From NCBI RefSeq assembly GCF_001194135.2, contig NC_068983.1, positions 162,447,370-162,511,369 on the forward strand: DNA of 64,000 bases, given 5' to 3'. Source of the stretch: Octopus bimaculoides (lineage: Eukaryota). Positions 12,210 to 24,900 of this stretch are shown in pieces. Every line of letters begins with the position of its first letter. Position 1 is the first letter of the stretch. The notes under the pieces are model-generated. The model saw nothing but the letters and a program-made list of their open reading frames with translations. It was not told the origin of the DNA and ran no database searches. The translations under genes were made by a program, and so were the position numbers.

Positions 12210-15200
12210 GTAAGTGGCAACACTAATATACACTCCTGTTTGTACACTTGTGGCATATATAACATCTGTATACCTTTATATATAACAAACTGTAATCTTG
12301 TATATTTATATAACATCTATATACCTGGAGTAAAGATTATTTGCCAACATAACATGGCAGTCTTGGTTTAGGACGAATGTTGCTGTAATTTAGCCCCAGG
12401 AGACATCATCTCCAGCTGGCTATACAACATGATCTGTGTCCTTATATTTTTGAACAAGGGAATCTAAATTACAGCAACATTCGTCCTAAACCAGGACTGC
12501 CATGTTATGTTGGCAAACAATCTTTACTCCAAAGTACTGTTGCTGAATATCTCTCGTTGTGAGATTTAAAAATAGTCATTTTCTAATCTATATACCTTTA
12601 TATATAACATTTTTACTGTAATGGTTTTACTTATGCAGCAATAATACTTATAGCAGACTTATATTTCTGACCAACTCTATTAAAAGAAAAAGTTTGCGAG
12701 TTGAATCTTTGCCTAACTCTTAGCACCAATCTGTTGCAGTTGAAAATGTCTCAAGATCTGGTACCTAGTTTCAAACGCTACAGAAACCAAAGACTATCAA
12801 ATTAAGTGTAATCCTTAGAAACGTAGACTTTTTTGGCTGAGCAGGCTCTTACATTTGTCTCTTGTCTAAACTTTTCGAAATGTGTTTCGGACAAAATTAA
12901 ATTCTTTTAATTCCATAAAACAAAGATTGCTGATTCATTATTCATATTGAAATGTTCTGTTGTTTCCATTGTGATAAAACTGACATTAATATTTGTTGTG
13001 TGATATACTTCCACAGGACAGTCGAGTTTGCCGAGTACATTTCAATGTTCTTAATGAGAGATTGGATTTAAATAAGAATGATAATAAAACGTAAGTATTT
13101 CAAAATAATAACCCTCCACTCCTGCTACGTTGTTTCTGTTATTTAGAATGGTGTCCAGCTGTTTGAATTTAACAGTCAAAAAAAAAAAAAAGAGAGCATG
13201 TTAATAATTTTCTAACCTTTTATTTCATAAACCACTGGGTAATAGTCCTCCCTATCCCTATCTATATACACATGTATTATTAAAAAAATGGCAAAAAATC
13301 ATATATTGATTAATATCGATTAATTACCAGGAAGCTAGCCCATTTAAAGAATCAAAGAGATTCAGAAACAGTATCTGCAATCTCAGGGGATTAAAGTACA
13401 TTTTTATATATGACGTTGACCACTAACGTGGACATTTAATGTGCTAGAAATAGATCGCATCTTGTGTCTAAAAAGACCTAAATTGTTCTCAACATGAAAT
13501 ATAGCGTGATACCAAAACGTAAGCGGGCAAGACATTTAAAAAAAACCGAAAAGGGACATTATTAAACAGGGACCGGTTTCGAATTTTAACAATCTTACCG
13601 ACTNNNNNNNNNNNNNNNNNNNNNNNNNNNNNNNNNNNNNNNNNNNNNNNNNNNNNNNNNNNNNNNNNNNNNNNNNNNNNNNNNNNNNNNNNNNNNNNNN
13701 NNNNNNNNNNNNNNNNNNNNNNNNNNNNNNNNNNNNNNNNNNNNNNNNNNNNNNNNNNNNNNNNNNNNNNNNNNNNNNNNNNNNNNNNNNNNNNNNNNNN
13801 NNNNNNNNNNNNNNNNNNNNNNNNNNNNNNNNNNNNNNNNNNNNNNNNNNNNNNNNNNNNNNNNNNNNNNNNNNNNNNNNNNNNNNNNNNNNNNNNNNNN
13901 NNNNNNNNNNNNNNNNNNNNNNNNNNNNNNNNNNNNNNNNNNNNNNNNNNNNNNNNNNNNNNNNNNNNNNNNNNNNNNNNNNNNNNNNNNNNNNNNNNNN
14001 NNNNNNNNNNNNNNNNNNNNNNNNNNNNNNNNNNNNNNNNNNNNNNNNNNNNNNNNNNNNNNNNNNNNNNNNNNNNNNNNNNNNNNNNNNNNNNNNNNNN
14101 NNNNNNNNNNNNNNNNNNNNNNNNNNNNNNNNNNNNNNNNNNNNNNNNNNNNNNNNNNNNNNNNNNNNNNNNCTGACACATTTTCTGTGAAAACATAAGG
14201 ACACAGAAAATGTGTCAGGTCCAACAGGAAACGGTGTTTCCTAGGGCTAAATAACAGTAGCATTCTTCCCTTTCATGGGACTGTCACATTAAGTTGACAA
14301 CATACTATCACTTTAAATTCCAACAAGTTATCACATTACAGTAAACCTAAGTAGGGCCTTGGTGCATGTATATACATAATTAGGCTAAAATGATCTTTAA
14401 AGAGCAACATATTTAGGAAAAAAAAGCATAAATTTTGTACTCAACAGATGCTTTAAAGCCAAGTATATATGGTAGGGTTTTATAAAATTGATTACTAAAT
14501 GGTAATTTCAAATTGTAAAGTTATTTGTGGTTATGGAAAGTTGTTCATTTTAAAATGTTTTCTTTGCTTTTCCATAATTAAAAAAAAAAAACCTTTCTTT
14601 TAAAGGAAACCTGACAAAAGTGAAAAGACAGAACGCACAGCAGCAAGGAGCAATACGTTTGTGGTTGAGAGCCCTCTTGTGTTGGTATCTGATGCTTTTG
14701 GATCTTCAGCGCCACAGCCATCTGGGTAATTAAGTTTATTATATCTGATATTTCATTAACAACTGTTACTTGACTCCTTAAAGGGCATCTACAATTATTT
14801 GTGTATTTAGTTGATTTTTTAATTAAAATATTTGTTGAAATTCATTGTTTTTCTGTTAATAGCGTTAACCCGTTAGCATTTAAACTGATCAAATCTGGCC
14901 TAAATATTCTGTTTTATGTTCAGACTGGCCAGATCAAGCCTCTCACACTTACCTTACAATGTCATTCTAAAAATAAGCAATCACATTTCAAAAGCTCGAA
15001 GCTACAAGATAATGCATGAATAATACAAAAGAATGTGAATAAGTAAGCATTAATATTGGCAAAGAAATCTTAATGCTAAAGAGATAAAAAAAAATAATGA
15101 AGAATGTAGTAAAATAACTGTGTCCTTAGGAAGCTGATGCTTGAAACATAAGTTAGCACAAAATTTTAAAAGGAAGTTTTGATTTAGATCACCTTAAAAC

Positions 15201-18200
15201 CCTTTTGGTTCCAATCTACCCAATGTGCTTTGATTCTGTGATACAAACTTGGTTTTAAAGTGATCTCATTTAAAACTGTTCATCAAAATTTAATGTAAAT
15301 TTTATATTCCAAACACCAGCTTAATAACGGGAAAGTTATTTTACTAAGTTTTTCATTTTCTTTGAAATTTATTAAAATAAAGTTTGTGGATTTTAACAGA
15401 AATATGGTAAGTAAAGGGTTAAAACTATAAGACCAAGGACCAACTTATGGGGTTTGGTATTTAAAGGTTTTGTTTCGCTAATTCCTAATTATTTTCTCTT
15501 TAATAAACCTTGACCAGGTCTGTGCATATGTATGGATATAAGATCAAGCTTAATTGATGGTGACCTACATAGCTTAATTGATGGTGACCTACATAGCTAA
15601 TGAGCTATTTGGATGTCACGACGCATAGGGTTTCAAATAATTAAACACAAATACACAGAGCCTGATTGTATTTTGATTTTAAGAGCATCAAAATTGATAT
15701 TTTATTTATTGTTTTTTCATGTAATATTTGTTTATTGTTGTGAATTGTAGGCGATGGGGCTCTGGCTCCTCAAATTCTGCCTCCCGTAGTAATAATAACC
15801 AACAGGGTTATAACAGAATGGCCAGAGCAGTTGTGAACAGAGGTCGACGTTCAGGGGTTATTGTTGGAGCTCGACCCTTAGTACCAGCTTCTGTTGTTCC
15901 TGAAGAACTCATAAATCAGGTAAGAATTCTCTAGTCCTTCCTGTGGGTTTTGATATTTCTTATGCATCTCTACCATCATCGTCATTGTTTTAATGTCCAC
16001 TCTTCCATGCTTGCACGCGTCGGACAATGTTTACTGAGGCACATTTTCTGTGGTTGGACACCTTTCCTGTCACCAACCCTCACCTGTTTCTAAGTAAGGT
16101 AATATTTCCCCATGGCCAGACATGATTTTGCGAAATATTAAAAACAAATGACACTGCTTGTATAACAGTGACACTCCTTTACAACTATTGTGCAATGTTA
16201 AGACAAGGAGACTTCAATGTCTATACACTCCTGCACGCATGTACGCACGCGCACACACACACACCCCGTGCATGCATGTCTATATTCAGCTGGCAACTTT
16301 TTATGTCTATCAAATCCACTCACGAGGCTTTGGTCAACCTGAAGCTATAAAAGAAGGCACTTGTCCAAGGTCCCACGCAGTGGGGCTGAACCTGGAACCA
16401 TGTGGCTAGGAAGCAAACTTATTACCACACATGGCTGTACCTCTACATGGGGAACTATTTGTTACCAGCAGGAGCAGTGTTTTGGATATCGGCTCAAAAT
16501 ATTGAGTGTAAATATTGCCATATTTTAAAATTCAGATAGATGATGCTAACATCAGCATTATCATCACTTAACGCTGGTTTTCCATGCTGGTATGGGTTGG
16601 ATGGTTTGACAGGAGCTGGCAAGATAGAACACTGCACCAAGCTTCACTGTTCGTTTTGGCATGATTTTTATGGTTAGATGCCCTTCCTAACGCCGCTCAC
16701 TTAACAGAGTGGGCTGGGTACTTTTTACATGATGCCAATACTAGGGCAGGTCTGTTTTGGTGTGGTTTCCATAATAGAATTAACACTTTCAATTGGTTTT
16801 TTTTTTTTTTTTTGGTCTCTTGGAACCAATTTATTTTTGAGAATTCATCAGAAATAATTATACTGGCAATCACTTTATGTAATTACAAAATCTATAAATA
16901 TGTTTCTTTTATAAATTAAAGTTTTAGCCATCTTTCTAAATGTATTTTCCTTTTCATCAACTACAATCCTAGAAGCAAACTTCCCCTAGAATTGAAAAGT
17001 TTGTCTAAACCTTGTTCTCCATTTCTCTGCAGTGTCAAGTTGTATTGCAAGGAAAATCACGCAACCTGATAATTCGTGAACTACAGAGAACCGTAAGTAT
17101 TGGCCTACTTTTCTTCTCCATTTGCCTAAATGTCACTTAATCTTTAAATGAAGAGTGTGTTTAAGAAAAGAAGAGGTGGAATAATACTGGCAGTTTCATC
17201 ATCATTTAAAGTATGTTTACCATGCTGGCATAAGTTGGACGGTTTGACAGGAAGTGGCCAGTTGGAGAGCTTTTTATGCGTTACAGGGGATGTAAACACA
17301 CCAACACCAGTTGTCAAGCAGTAGTGGGACACACACACACACACACACACAACAGGCTTCTTTCAGTTTCTGTCNNNNNNNNNNAGTAGTGGGACACACA
17401 CACACACACACACACAACAGGCTTCTTTCAGTTTCTGTCTACGAAATTGACTCACAAGGCTTTGGTCAGTCCGAGGCTATAGCAAAAGAGACCTGCCCAA
17501 TGTGCCACGCAGTGGGACTGAACCCGGAACCATGTGGTTGGGAAGCAACTATTTTTTATCTCTTTACTCCTGCATGATGATGTATCATCTCATTGCACAT
17601 ATGCACAAGTTAAATCATTGAAGAATTTTAGCTCCTTAAGAAATTAGTAGAATTTTGATTTAAAATTTCTTTTAAATTTGTGATTCTTGATTACCAAATT
17701 GTTTCTTGTAGCTTCTTTTGGTTACTTTCTCCACAAAGGATAGTTTTTTTAAAAAATGATTCAAGTTGTTTTTTTTTTAAATGATTCAAGTTTTTTTTTA
17801 TTATAATTTAATGATTGTACTTAAGAATTTAATATCACTACAACAATAATATATATTAATAAATGTTTATTAAATTCTATAATGAATTCAAAATTTCAAC
17901 ATCATTCAATTATCTGAAGAATTTTAAAATGATACATAAAGTTCCATCTAGCTTCAGTCTGTAGCACTTGTAAATCTGCAGAATCCTGTTTCTTGACTCA
18001 TTTCAATTAGAAAAGACACAGACACCCTCTCCCTCCCAAGTTATTACATAAAATCCTGATAAGAACTAATTAAACTAATATAATAGGGTGGATTGTTGTA
18101 TTTGTCAATTTATGAGTGTAGATATCCCCTCAGTTATAAATGAAATAATTCATCTTAGGCACATTTTATTTCTCTATTGAATGAACAGAATTTGGATGTT

Positions 18201-21200
18201 AATCTAGCTGTGAATAATTTGTTAAGCCGAGATGACGAGGGAGAAGAGAATGAAGAAGATAGTCAGGATTCTTACATGCCAGGTAAATGTACAGCCTCTC
18301 GTTAATGTTATTATTTTTTAAGTAATAATTTTCAAGTGTTTTACATGCAGTTTTTTTCTTAACATAAATTGGTAGAATTTTTCACAAATTTGGACTTTTG
18401 CAAATTGTTACATTTATTGAATGTATTGTTTTTGTTATCAACCATTTATGTTGTGAAGGAGGATGAGTTGAAAGGTGTTTGCCATCTTTACTCCAAGGCA
18501 CCATTACAGTGCTTGAAGTAGTAAAGTTTCAACTGCAGACACTATCAACTTAACCTCAGGCATCTTAACCTTCGTGTGTGTGTGTGTGTGTATTTTGTTT
18601 TTTTGTTTGTTTTTGTTCTGTTATAGCAAGATTACTGAAAGTCTAATAATATTTAAATTGTGATATGAAGATATGTTCCTGAAGTAGACATTCAAGAACA
18701 ATATCTAATACTATATACACTTTATATTAGTCCGACTGGTTTTTCCCATCTTGATTGTTGCTCTCACTATGATTCTGCTGTTGTATGCTACAGTCTTCTG
18801 CAGGTGTCTTGTGTCAAACTTGGTCATTGTGTCAGAATTTTTAACATGTGCATAGAACAATATTGAATAGTTTTCAACATTCTCTTGTGATATTAAACTC
18901 TATTTACTTTCAACGGTGGCACATAAGCACTCTCTACACTCTCGGAGTGGTTGGCGTTAGGAAGGGCATCCATCTGTAGAAACCTTGCCAAATCAGATTA
19001 GAGCCTGGTGCAGCCGCTGGCTCTCCAGACCTCGGTCAAACCGTCCAACCCATGCCAGCATGGAAAACGGACGTTAAATGATGATGAATATTAATATCAG
19101 AGGTTAGAGATAACAAATTGGTTATATACTTCAGTTCTATATTTAAGAGATGAGGAATTATGTTCATTATTTACATTTGATGGATATTTGTCCTCATCTT
19201 GTTTGTTGTTAACACGTTTCGGCTGATATACCCTCCAGCCTTCATTAGGTGTCTTGGGGAAATTTCAAACCTGGGTTCTCATTCCTAAGGTATTTTTTGA
19301 TATTATTATTATTCAGGTCACTGCCTGGAATCGAACTCGGAATCCTGGGGTTAGTAGCCTGCACTCTTAACCACTATGCCATATGCCCATGGTAATATGC
19401 TTAGTCTGAAGATATCAGATTGTTTTTCATTATTCATTTATATATTGAAGCTATATCAAGGAATAATAAAAACAATGAGATGACTCACTGCTGTGCTCTA
19501 CTCTCCTAGAATTTGATCTTTTTGTCAATCTCTGTTAGAGAAATCAACCCCTGTCCTCAAGTGAAATTCAATATACCACTTAAAAAGGTGTTAATGCTTT
19601 TATTTGTAATCATTGTTATTACAAATAAATATTACCTGCTGTACTCTTTCACCTGCTGTATTCTTCCACCACAACTTTCTCTCACTCTTTCTTCCTGTTT
19701 CTGTTATACCTGTATTTCAAAGGGCCAGCCTTGTCACGCAGAATCTCCCCGAGAACTACGTTAAGGGTACATATGTCTGTGGAGTGCTCAGCCACTTGCA
19801 TGTTAATTTCACAAGCAGGCTGTTCTGTTGATCGGATCAACTGGAAACCGCGTCGTTGTAACCGATGGAGTGCCACGATATAGCATAACTGCATAGACAA
19901 ATAGTAATTTATGCCATACTCGTTATTACCTATAACAACAAAACTACATTATTGTATTGAGATGTGGTGAAAGGGTATTATTATTATTATTATTGTGATT
20001 AAGGCGCCAGAATCATTAGCATGCTGGCTGAAATGCTTCACAGTATTTCACCCATCTTTATATTCTGAGTTCAAATTCCGCCGAGGTCGAATTTGCCTTT
20101 CATCCTTTCAGGGTGTATAAATAAGTACCAGTTACACATTGGGGTCAATGTAATCGACTTAGTCCCTTCCCCCAAATTTGAGGCCATGTGCTTCAAGTAG
20201 AAAGGATTGTTATTATTATTGTGATTTTAATGTATGTAACATGTTATTGGAGTATATCAGCAACAAAATTTCTCAGTTGTACGAGTTGGATGTCAACTTT
20301 TGAGTCAGAACTTCCTAAGGAAGATATAAAATGTAATTAGGGTTGCTTAGAAGCATACAATTCTGTATTTCTGAGATGAAAAATTTGATATTCTGTACTA
20401 TTTGGAGTGGTGTCACTAAGGTGAATCACAAGACACCTGAAGAAGACTGCAGAGTACACAGCCGAAACGGTGAAAGCACCAATCCAAGGTGAGGCGACCA
20501 GTTCAACTAATATTGCTTAGAGTGAGCCTGGATTAAGAAATGGTCAATGGTAAAGAATCTGGAATCATTTCTTGAGCCTAACTTCACTTCATAGACCAAT
20601 TCCATTATCAAGTATAACTTGGAACTAAGTCAGTTGAAGGAAATTGGTATTTAAGATTATTCATGTTGGGATTGAGTGTTTGAACCCATGTCTTTGCATT
20701 AATGGTAAATCAGTTTGTCTATAAATGGATTGTCTTTATCATCCTTTAGTATTCATTTATATTTTATTTGTTGATGAATATTGAAATGCCAGTGCCCCCT
20801 GACTGGTTCCCATGCTGGTGGCACATAAAAAGCACCATCTGAATGTGGCTGACGCCAGTGCCCCCTGACTGGCTCCCATATCGGTGGCATGTAAAAAGCA
20901 CTATCCAAACACGATCAATGCCAGTGCCCCCTGACTGTTTCCCGTGCCGGTGGCATGGGAAAAGCACTGTCTGAACGTGGCTGATACCAGTACCTCCTAA
21001 CTGGCTCCTGTGCTGGTGGCACATAAAAAGCACCCACTAGACTCTTGGAGTGATTGGCGTTAGGAAGGGTATCCAGCTGTAGAAACACTGCCATATCATA
21101 TTGGAGCCTGATGCAGCTGCTGGCTCTCAAGTCCTCAGTCAAACTGTCCAACCCATACCAGCATGGAAAACAGACGTTTAAACGATGATGGTGTTGCAAT

Positions 21201-21851
21201 TAGACTCAATACTCTGCATTATTGAGAAGAGCACTGCAGAAAAATTAAGTTTAGATTTGTAACTATACATATATGTATGCCAACCTCTGTGTGTTTGTGT
21301 GTATGTTTATATACATACATGGGTATATGTCACTATGTGGTTAAGAAATTCCATTTGCAACTACAATTTAGATTTAATCTCTGTGCATGAGAGTTCAAAC
21401 AGCATATTCTACAGCCTTTGGTCAACTAGGACCTTGAGAGAGGAATTTAATTGAATGATACTGTGTGGTAGTCCAGGAAGTCCATTGTATATGGTGTATA
21501 GGAGTCTGTCTGTATCAAACACTATAGCTATATATATGCATGCATGTCTGGAACTGAAAAGGAATACAGCAAGCCACTAAACATGGGAGGAAAGATACCA
21601 AATTTGAAAGCATGCAAGTTCAAGCAATGTTCTGTGTCGCTGAGCAGTACATACACCCAAGGATGATGAGTTCAATCCCTACTAAAGGTGAAATTTAAAT
21701 AACAGCAGGAGGACACCTAGGAGTCACTATTTTTGTGGGCCAGGTTCCCTTTGAGTGTCGGAAACCAATGGGCCAAAAGACTCATTTGATGGGAGCTCTT
21801 CCTCTGATCTCACCTGCTGTCAACTAGCCCTGTAGCAAGTTTTCACTTAAT

Positions 21852-21903
<52 letters not shown>

Positions 21904-24900
21904 NNNNNNNNNNNNNNNNNNNNNNNNNNNNNNNNNNNNNNNNNNNNNNNNNNNNNNNNNNNNNNNNNNNNNNNNNNNNNNNNNNNNNNNNNNNNNNNNN
22001 NNNNNNNNNNNNNNNNNNNNNNNNNNNNNNNNNNNNNNNNNNNNNNNNNNNNNNNNNNNNNNNNNNNNNNNNNNNNNNNNNNNNNNNNNNNNNNNNNNNN
22101 NNNNNNNNNNNNNNNNNNNNNNNNNNNNNNNNNNNNNNNNNNNNNNNNNNNNNNNNNNNNNNNNNNNNNNNNNNNNNNNNNNNNNNNNNNNNNNNNNNNN
22201 NNNNNNNNNNNNNNNNNNNNNNNNNNNNNNNNNNNNNNNNNNNNNNNNNNNNNNNNNNNNNNNNNNNNNNNNNNNNNNNNNNNNNNNNNNNNNNNNNNNN
22301 NNNNNNNNNNNNNNNTATTCTTTAAACTTTAGGTTTCTTTATATTTTATATTTTAGAATTTATAATATTCATGCTTATTTATACATAAATTTTTATACGC
22401 ATATATATTTAAACATATATATATCTATTTTTAGATTTTTATATGTATTCATATTTATATTCCGTATATTTGTTTTAAACTTTTAAATTTATTATGTTAC
22501 CATGTTATGTTGGATGTATATCTTTCAAAGTATTAAATAAATATTGATTTCCTGAATATATTATTGATGAGTTCTACGAATTTATTAATGATATAAAAAC
22601 ACACATATATATATATATATATAAAAGATTCTTTTATATATGTCTATCTATGCCAGATAATCTTCATTTCTGTCAAATATATAAATCAATAATTTGAGTA
22701 GACATCAATAACTGGCATACTTGAAGTAAATAGTAGGCCTGATAGGGTTGATGGAAGTTATGTTTGGTCAATATCCAATGGTGGCAACTGATGTGAAAAT
22801 ATATGTACTTATATGAATGGGTGTATATGTTTGTGTGCTTGGGTTTATGTGTAAGTACGTGTATGCTTGTGAGTGCACACATCTGCATAAGCATTGTACA
22901 TATCTGCACACATATATAAATGCATTCTTTGACTATGTATACTTATCCCAATCACTTAGTTTTGGGTTTAATTCCACCCTGCAGCACCTTGAGTCAGTGC
23001 ATGCCCCCCACCCCAAGCTTTGTGAGTAGATTTGGTAAAGAGAAACTGAAGAACTTTGTGTGTGTGTGGTCTCTTTTTCTTGACATTGTGCAATAGTTCT
23101 TAATGGATGTTGCTGTCATGCAAGTGGTGTAGTTTGTTTCTAACCTTCTGTGAAAACCTGTCCCGTCATGGGTGGGGGAAATATTACCTTCATTGGAAAG
23201 ATGTGACAAGAAGGACGTCTGGCCATAGAAAAATCTACCTCACTGAATTTCCTCCGACCCATGTCAGCATATAAAAGTGGATGTTAAAACAATAATCATC
23301 TTACAGTTCTATATTTGTGAGATGAGGAATTATTTACATTTGACGGATATTTATCCTCATCTTGTTTGTTGTTAACACAACATTTCAGCTGATATACCCT
23401 CCAGCCTTCATCAGGTGTCTTGGGGAAAATTTCAAACCTGGGTTCCCATTCCTAAGGTATTTTTTGATGTTATTTTGATTATTATTATTATTCAGGTCAC
23501 TGCCTAGAACCAAACTCGGAATCTTGGGGTTAGTAGCCCACGCTCTTAACCACTATACCACGGGCATATGGCATAGTGGTTAAAAGCATGGGCTACTAAC
23601 CCCAAGATTCCGAGTTCAATTCTAGGTAGTGACCTGAATAATAATAATCGAAAAATACCTTAGGAATGAGAACACAGGTTCGAAATTTCCCCAAGACACC
23701 TGATGAAGACTGGAGGGTATATCAACCGAAACGTTGTGTTAACAACAAACAAGATGAGGACAAATATCCATCAAATGTAAATAATGTAAATAATCATCTT
23801 GCATCACCTGGCATAATGCCACCTCCCTCAATACTACATTCACTGTCACTGTCATCTGGGAAGCGTCTTGTCATGTACGTTAGTTGGTGACCTCATTAGT
23901 GTTAGTTCTATGCAAAAAAAAAGCATCCTGTACCCTCTGTAAAATATTTGTCATTCGGAAGGGCGTCCAGGTGTAGAAATCATGCAAAAGCAGACAGAAG
24001 AGCTTTCTGTGTCTCCTGACTTGTTGGCTCTTGTCAAATTGTTCCACCCATGCCAGCATGGAAAACTGAGGTTAAGTGATGATCACTCACACTTGCGTGC
24101 ATGTGTGTGCACACACATACACACCCCGCCATTATCACCATTGTTGCCATCATTTGATGTCCGTCTTTGTTTTCTATGTTTGCAGAGGTTGAATGTTTTG
24201 ACAGGATCCAGCAAGTTGAAGGACTTTTGTACTGTAATACCTGCTGTGGTATGATTTCTATGGCTGGATGCTTTTCCTAATGCCAATCACTTTACAGAGT
24301 GTACTGGGTGCTTTTATTGTGGCACCAGCACTTGTGCAGTTTTGGAAGAGATGGTGGATTGGGGTGGGGAAGAGAAAAATAGTGATGATGAGGTGTCTGG
24401 GTAGACTCTCAAAGCATGAGGTGTGTAAGAGTGTGTGGGGACAGGAGAACTAGGAGTGTGGGTGGGTGGAGGTTGCAAGTGTAGGGGAGAGAGATGGGAA
24501 TGAGTGAGGGGTGAATATAATGAGCAATGAGCAAGTGTTGAGTGGGGAAGAGTAGGTGACAACTGTAAAGATTGGATAGGTAGGGTGCAATGAATGGTGA
24601 ATTAGAGGTGGAAGATTTATCAATGATGATGGAAGATGAGGAATAGCAGAAGAGTGAGAGAGATGATGATGATGTGTGGTTGGCTAAGTTGTCATCACTT
24701 TTCTACTAGCCAAACACCTGCTGACTGGTTTTCTTGAGGGAATGATTTCTTTCTAGATACACTTTATACCACCAACCTTTGTAATTATTGACTCTTATTG
24801 CTTGTAAGGTGAAAGAGTGCATATTCTAAAACCAGAAATGTGTATATTTATACACAAACACACGTGTATATATTTGTATATTTTGAAGATTTTTTTTTTT

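Noticed and set aside
13489-14263. Long ORFs in the track (also 21856-22486 and 45682-46278)
   Set aside because: They are artefacts of N runs translated as X.
17323-17440. Apparent ~52 bp tandem duplication around a 10-N gap
   Set aside because: Identical sequence on both sides of a gap with (CA)n is typical of unmerged contig overlap.
20780-21040. CRISPR-like repeat array
   Set aside because: These are tandem ~62 bp units without unique spacers inside a eukaryotic SINE, and no cas genes are present.
24300-24700. Purine-rich stretch with short ORFs (similar at ~43740-43950 and ~50400-50590)
   Set aside because: Low-complexity, probably decayed repeat sequence with no recognisable protein motif.
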